The notes under the pieces are model-generated. The model was not told the DNA's origin. It saw nothing but the letters and a program-made list of their open reading frames with translations, and made no database searches. From Candidatus Eiseniibacteriota bacterium (GTDB lineage Bacteria > Eisenbacteria > RBG-16-71-46), in assembly GCA_044223005.1 (NCBI GenBank), contig JBGAML010000004.1, forward strand, positions 96,001 to 160,000: a stretch of 64,000 nucleotides of DNA. Direction: 5' to 3'. Of this stretch, positions 59,571 through 64,000 are shown piece after piece. The position numbers were made by a program, and so were the translations under genes. Numbering within the stretch: the first letter of the stretch is position 1; the number at the start of each line of letters is the position of its first letter.

Positions 59571-61180
59571 CGGGCACCCCCGCGGCGCTTAGCCGGCTTC
59601 GCCTTCTGCGAGCCACCGCGCTTCTTCGCCTCCGCAGGGGTGTCCGGCTTCACCTTCGGCGCTTTCGCGGCCGCGAGCTCGGCAAGGACTTCCTTCTCGG
59701 CGGCCTTCGTGATCGCGCTCAGGCCGATCCCGAACCGGCGGGCGAAGTCCTCGGCCGCATAGCGATTCCCGTCCGCCAGCAGCACGATCGCCGTGGCCCA
59801 GAGGTCCGACATCTCGAGCCGCTCGAGCGCCGTCTCGAGCTTCTCCTTCGGCTGCAGGATCTGGCGCTCGCGCAGCATCTCCAGCGCGCCTTCGTCCCCG
59901 TCGTAGCTGAGCTGCAGGTACTCGCGGAGCAGCTCCTCGGACGGAGCCTGGCGGGCGAACTCGATCGCCTTCTTCCACAGCTCTGTCGCGAACGCCTTCA
60001 TGGCGCGCTGGCGGATCTCCGACTTCAGGCGCCAGTCCTCGGGAGAAGGCGCACTCGGCTCCTGCGCCTTCTCCGCCGCGGCCTTCTTCGTCTTCTTCCT
60101 GGCGACGAGCGCGTCGAACTCCGTGCGCTGGTAGACGGGCACCACGCCGCCCTTCTCGCCACGGGCGAGGTAAACCTGCGGCTCGATCGCCTTCGCTGTC
60201 GCGATCTGCCGGAATGTGCGCCGCTCCTTGTCGCGGTCGTCCTTCTCGGTGAGCCGCACGAAGCTGCCGTTGAACTTCTCCACCGCGCGCGTCGCCTTGC
60301 CGAGCGGCAGGATCTTCGCCATCGGGTGCTTCTGCGCCTGCGCCACCTTCGCCGCCTGGTCCCATGCCGCGGCCACCTTGAGCCCGTAGCAGGTCGGGTT
60401 CGTGCACAGGTTCGTTTCGTCGACGTCGCCGAAGAGATCGGGCGAGCAGCCGGTCCGCATCGGGCAGCGCGTGCAAGCGCCGGCCGCCGGGACCAGGTGT
60501 TCGTCGTCGAGTGCGAAAGGCGCATCGGCGAGGGTCAGCATGTACTTCTCGCGGATCAGCTCCGCGGCCTCGCGCGCAGGCATCGGCAGCTTCACCGTCT
60601 TCCCGTTCACCCAGCGCGTGATCCCCTCGAGGATCTCGACGACCGCCTTCGCCTGCAGCTTCGGATCCGGAATCCGCGCGACGAGGAGTGCCGTCGCGAC
60701 GGCGCCGGGATCTCGCCGCAGGATGTCTTTGGCGGCCTCCGTCAGTGATGCGAGGCGGAGCCGCCCGGCGACGTAGCCGCGCGACTTCCCGATCGCAGCT
60801 GCGAGCGATTCCGTCGTATGCGATCCCGCGGTCAGCAGCCGCTGGAGCGCTTCGGCCTCTTCGAGCGGATGCAGGTTCTCGCGCTGCAGGTTCTCGACCA
60901 GCTGGACCTCGAGCGCCTCGGCGTCCGTCAGCTCGCGCACGAAGCACGGGACGGCCGAGATCTGGAGCTCCTCCGCGCAGGCGAGCCGGCGATGCCCACA
61001 GACGACCTGGTAGCTGTCGCCGAGCGGTCGCACGATCAGCGGGGAGAGGATCCCGTGCGCCGAGATGCTGTCGCGCAGGCCCGAGAGATCGTCGAGCGGC
61101 CCCGCGGCGCGCGGATTGTCGGGGTGAGCCACGAGAAGCCCGACGCCCAGCTCGCGAACGTCCTTCGCGTGCGCGCTCAT
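59567..61180 (-). CDS. ParB/RepB/Spo0J-family protein with Cys motif (PRTRC ParB-like)
   Basis: PDNPR, GILSPLIVR, VCGHRR, VENLQRENLHPLEEA, HTH, GACTRCP...CTNPTCY. Confidence 0.9.
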   Translation of the reverse strand: MSAHAKDVRELGVGLLVAHPDNPRAAGPLDDLSGLRDSISAHGILSPLIVRPLGDSYQVVCGHRRLACAEELQISAVPCFVRELTDAEALEVQLVENLQRENLHPLEEAEALQRLLTAGSHTTESLAAAIGKSRGYVAGRLRLASLTEAAKDILRRDPGAVATALLVARIPDPKLQAKAVVEILEGITRWVNGKTVKLPMPAREAAELIREKYMLTLADAPFALDDEHLVPAAGACTRCPMRTGCSPDLFGDVDETNLCTNPTCYGLKVAAAWDQAAKVAQAQKHPMAKILPLGKATRAVEKFNGSFVRLTEKDDRDKERRTFRQIATAKAIEPQVYLARGEKGGVVPVYQRTEFDALVARKKTKKAAAEKAQEPSAPSPEDWRLKSEIRQRAMKAFATELWKKAIEFARQAPSEELLREYLQLSYDGDEGALEMLRERQILQPKEKLETALERLEMSDLWATAIVLLADGNRYAAEDFARRFGIGLSAITKAAEKEVLAELAAAKAPKVKPDTPAEAKKRGGSQKAKPAKRRGGAR

Positions 61181-61521
61181 CGGGCACCACCGTCCGAGTG
61201 GACCGATGCCCCGCCGACACGGAGGCCACCGGCCGTCATGCACGGCTCGAGCCGAGCCGCGGCGTTGCGCGTGGCGATGGCGGCGTTGGCCGTCATCACC
61301 GCTTCGCGGACCTTCCGGATCGCCGCGGCGAGATCGGGCCCCACGGGGCAGCTCGCCTGCATCTCCATCGCGAGCTCGAGCGCCCGTGCACGGATGCGCT
61401 TGTAGCGCTCCGGCTGGTCGCCCTCGGGGGCGTGGTACGTGAACAGATCCTCGAGCGCGGTGCGCGTTTCCGCGGCGGTGCCGCGCGGCTCCGGGGTGCT
61501 ATCGGGTGCGTGGATGGACAT
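61177..61521 (-). CDS. Acb2/Tad1-like hairpin protein (candidate immune-signal sponge)
   Basis: FTYHAP...QPERYKRIR...ELA...CP...AIRKVREAVMTANAAIA; GGAGGAG RBS. Confidence 0.7.
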   Translation of the reverse strand: MSIHAPDSTPEPRGTAAETRTALEDLFTYHAPEGDQPERYKRIRARALELAMEMQASCPVGPDLAAAIRKVREAVMTANAAIATRNAAARLEPCMTAGGLRVGGASVHSDGGAR

Positions 61522-61858
61522 GCTGGCTCCTCCGTGCCGTTGCTGCTCCAGTTCGGAAACCACGTCGTGAGTTGGCGGGATCGGGAGTGGGGAGCGATGG
61601 GTCGACCTTCGGGGCGTCGGCGCGCGTGAGGCCTCCCGGCCCGTGGCGCCCGCAGTCGACGATCCGGCCCTCAGGCGCCGGCGCGCGGCCGTCGAAGTCG
61701 CCGCCTTCCGCGCGCGCGATGAGTTCGCGTGCGTCGTCGGCTGACGCGGCCTCCACGACCCACCAGCGATTCGCCCAGGCCTTGGTCCACGGCCAGAGGT
61801 CTCGCCGGCTGACGCGGGGCTTGCGCTCGCGCCCGAAGAGAGCGAGGAGCATCAGCAC
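61499..61858 (-). CDS. Hypothetical protein
   Basis: WWVVEAASADDARELI; operon position. Confidence 0.5.
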   Translation of the reverse strand: MLMLLALFGRERKPRVSRRDLWPWTKAWANRWWVVEAASADDARELIARAEGGDFDGRAPAPEGRIVDCGRHGPGGLTRADAPKVDPSLPTPDPANSRRGFRTGAATARRSQHVHPRTR

Positions 61859-62583
61859 GGCGGGGGCCCTCCCGCAGCGGAGGCCGGCCCCGCGGTATGA
61901 TTGGCCGAGTCCGGCTCACCGGGCAGCTCGATGGCGCGGCGGGCGGGGGTCACCAGCCGCAGCGAGCTCTCGTGCTGCTGCTGCTCGTCGAGCAGGAGGC
62001 GGATCTTCCCGAGGATGGCCGCGCGCTTTTCTTCCGCGCCGCGTCCGGCCCGCTCGATCGCGCGAAGGGACTCGACGTGAGGCCCGGAGAGCGCGAGTCG
62101 CGCCTCGCCGGCGAGGAGCGTCTGGAGCCGGGCCATACGGAAGCGCGTCAGGATCCACTCGCGTCCGTGCAGACGCTCGCTCACCAGCGCCTGGTCGCGC
62201 TGTTCCGCGGAGGTGAGCTCGCCCTCGAGCGCTGCGAGTTCGCCCGGGCCCGCGGGGATGCCGTTGGTCGAGCCGCGCCGGTGCTGAAGCTTGGCGCGCA
62301 GGGAGCGCACGCGGCCCGCGGTTTCCGCGAGCAGTCGCTCGGACTCCTGGTCGAACGTCCCCAATCGCTCGCGCTGTTGCTCGAGGTCGGCGCGCGCCTC
62401 CGCGTGCGCTTCCTGGGCGAGCTCGAGCAGCTCGTCGGCAAGGCCCTGCAGTTCGACGAGCTGGTCGGTCGCCTGCCCGGCGAGCGTGATCGCGCGCTCG
62501 AGGTCGGGAATCTCCCGCCGAAGCTCTTCGACGGTGGGGCGGACGAGTGTGATCTGCGGACGGCCCGCGCTGTCGGTGCTCAT
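61852..62583 (-). CDS. Coiled-coil hypothetical protein
   Basis: ATGA coupling; GAGG RBS; heptad-rich. Confidence 0.6.
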   Translation of the reverse strand: MSTDSAGRPQITLVRPTVEELRREIPDLERAITLAGQATDQLVELQGLADELLELAQEAHAEARADLEQQRERLGTFDQESERLLAETAGRVRSLRAKLQHRRGSTNGIPAGPGELAALEGELTSAEQRDQALVSERLHGREWILTRFRMARLQTLLAGEARLALSGPHVESLRAIERAGRGAEEKRAAILGKIRLLLDEQQQHESSLRLVTPARRAIELPGEPDSANHTAGPASAAGGPPPC

Positions 62584-62789
62584 CGCGGCACCTCGCGGAA
62601 GTAGCCGCTGCGAGCCTGCCGGGAAGCCAGGTCCCACGTGGGTGCGGAGGCAACGACGACGCGACGGCCGGTCGTGCGGCTGGTGATGTGCGCAGTGCAG
62701 CGCCCGCGATCGTTGAACACGCGGATCTTGAGACCCTTCGTCGCGCCGAGCTGGCGGGCGACCTGGCGCTTGAGGCGCTTGCGGGTCAT
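62580..62789 (-). CDS. Small basic hypothetical protein
   Basis: ATGA coupling with both neighbours. Confidence 0.5.
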   Translation of the reverse strand: MTRKRLKRQVARQLGATKGLKIRVFNDRGRCTAHITSRTTGRRVVVASAPTWDLASRQARSGYFREVPR

Positions 62790-63064
62790 CGCGCCACCTC
62801 GGCCGATTCGGGCGCCGCGAGAGACGCGACGGCGTCGCCCGATCCGAAGGCGATCCAGCCGAGCCAGGCGACGGCGAGCGCGAGAAGGAGCAGGCCGAGC
62901 GCCAGCGCGGGGGACTCCGAGCGCGGCGCGTCGGCCTGCGAGAGGGCGCGGCCAGTGTACTGGCGACAGGGGACGGCGCCGGCCGGGCGGGGGCGAGGGC
63001 TGGCGGGAACGCGGAGGGGTGCAGATCGGCGGTCAGGCATCCGAGCCTTTCCACCTGCACTCAC
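62786..63064 (-). CDS. Small membrane protein
   Basis: One TM segment LALGLLLLALAVAWLGWIAF. Confidence 0.5.
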   Translation of the reverse strand: MSAGGKARMPDRRSAPLRVPASPRPRPAGAVPCRQYTGRALSQADAPRSESPALALGLLLLALAVAWLGWIAFGSGDAVASLAAPESAEVAR

Positions 63065-63105
63065 AGTTGCGACCGTGATCGCGGCTCGCGCCCGCTCGAT
63101 CCCCG

Positions 63106-63141
63106 AAAAAGGGTCGAGCCCCGGGGTTTCCCCCGGGGCTC
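63106..63141 (-). terminator. Phage-supplied terminator after the reconstituted tRNA
   Basis: GAGCCCCGGGG-gaaa-CCCCGGGGCTC followed by GACCCTTTTT on the minus strand. Confidence 0.75.
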
Positions 63142-63148
63142 TCCGATT

Positions 63149-63226
<78 letters not shown>

Positions 63227-63239
63227 GCAACTGGAGGGG

Positions 63240-63268
63240 AACGTAGCCGTCCCCCGCGGGGCTGTCAA
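63240..63268 (-). promoter_or_regulatory. Sigma70-type promoter of the tRNA
   Basis: TTGACA-17 bp-TACGTT. Confidence 0.75.
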
Positions 63269-63533
63269 ACCGGCCCGGCGCGTTGTTCGGCCACGGTCAA
63301 GCGCGTTCCGGCGCCGTCCCGCGCCGCGCGACCCGCCGCCCGCGCTCGGCACTGTCCCCGCATCGCGCGCAACCGCCTCGGCTTGCGGCCGCGCGCGGGC
63401 CGCTCCCCGCGCGGGTCCCGGGCGCGTTGCGCCGGCGGCGGGGCGTCATTATGCTGCGGAACTCGACCGGGTCGTTGCGTCGCATTCTCGCTTTCCCGCC
63501 CTCTTCGGAAGTTCCGTTCGGAGGTTTTCGCCG

Positions 63534-64000
63534 ATGCGTTTCCGCCTCGCGGCAGTGTCGGCGGTCGTGTTCTCGCTGGTCGCGATCTTCACCGCGACGC
63601 AGGCCCAGGCCGCCGCCGAAGTCCACCGCCTCAATCTCGTCCTCGCGGGCATCCCGACGCAGGTGGCGGGAGGGGACTTCAACGACGCCATCGACTACTT
63701 CAACAAGGCCCGGCTCACGCCGCGCGGTCTCGAGGAGCTCAAGCACCCCGACTTCACGTGGGGCTACGAGGCCGAGCTGCGCTACTTCGTCCGCCAGAAC
63801 GTGGCGGTGACCGCGGGCGTGTCGCAGATCCGCGTGTCGCAGAAGAACGAGTACCTGCCGGCCATCTCGCAGAGCGTGGACGTGCGCGCCGAGATCCTCA
63901 CGGTGCCGATCCACGTGGGCGCGCTCTACTACATGCAGGCGTACAACCAGGGCGACTTCCAGGCGCGCGCCTACCTCGGCGGCGGTCTGGTCCAGTACAC
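63534..64000 (+). CDS. Outer-membrane beta-barrel-like protein (cut off by window end)
   Basis: Signal peptide MRFRLAAVSAVVFSLVAIFTATQAQA; amphipathic strands TVPIHVGALYY and YLGGGLV. Confidence 0.65.
   Translation, partial: MRFRLAAVSAVVFSLVAIFTATQAQAAAEVHRLNLVLAGIPTQVAGGDFNDAIDYFNKARLTPRGLEELKHPDFTWGYEAELRYFVRQNVAVTAGVSQIRVSQKNEYLPAISQSVDVRAEILTVPIHVGALYYMQAYNQGDFQARAYLGGGLVQY

Overview
High-GC bacterial chromosome. Bases 1-23.2 kb are host genes: Ser/Thr kinase-ATPase-TPR with an ECF sigma factor, SDR, GIDE/GIDE/LemA, GH1, MFS, squalene/phytoene synthase, a secreted glycoside hydrolase, and a heme A/O biosynthesis plus caa3/aa3-type oxidase operon. Bases 23228-63199 are an apparently complete ~40 kb lambdoid siphovirus prophage in an initiator tRNA-Met, bounded by a perfect 51-bp att repeat. 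The most striking feature lies just upstream of the terminase: a stand-alone RAMP/Cas7-like gene (52166-52801), a partner gene, and a non-coding GGY-NN pentamer array built as two exact 49-nt units (51566-51677). Together these suggest a compact phage-encoded RNA-guided system unrelated to canonical CRISPR arrays. The prophage also carries a DprA+PRTase (ShosTA-like) pair, an Acb2/Tad1-like protein, CsrA, an inverted gpW-portal cassette, a lambda-like cos site, iterons inside the initiator gene, a -1 tail-chaperone frameshift and two paralogous antisense Zn-ribbon membrane morons. All family calls come from motif recognition by eye; no database searches were run.
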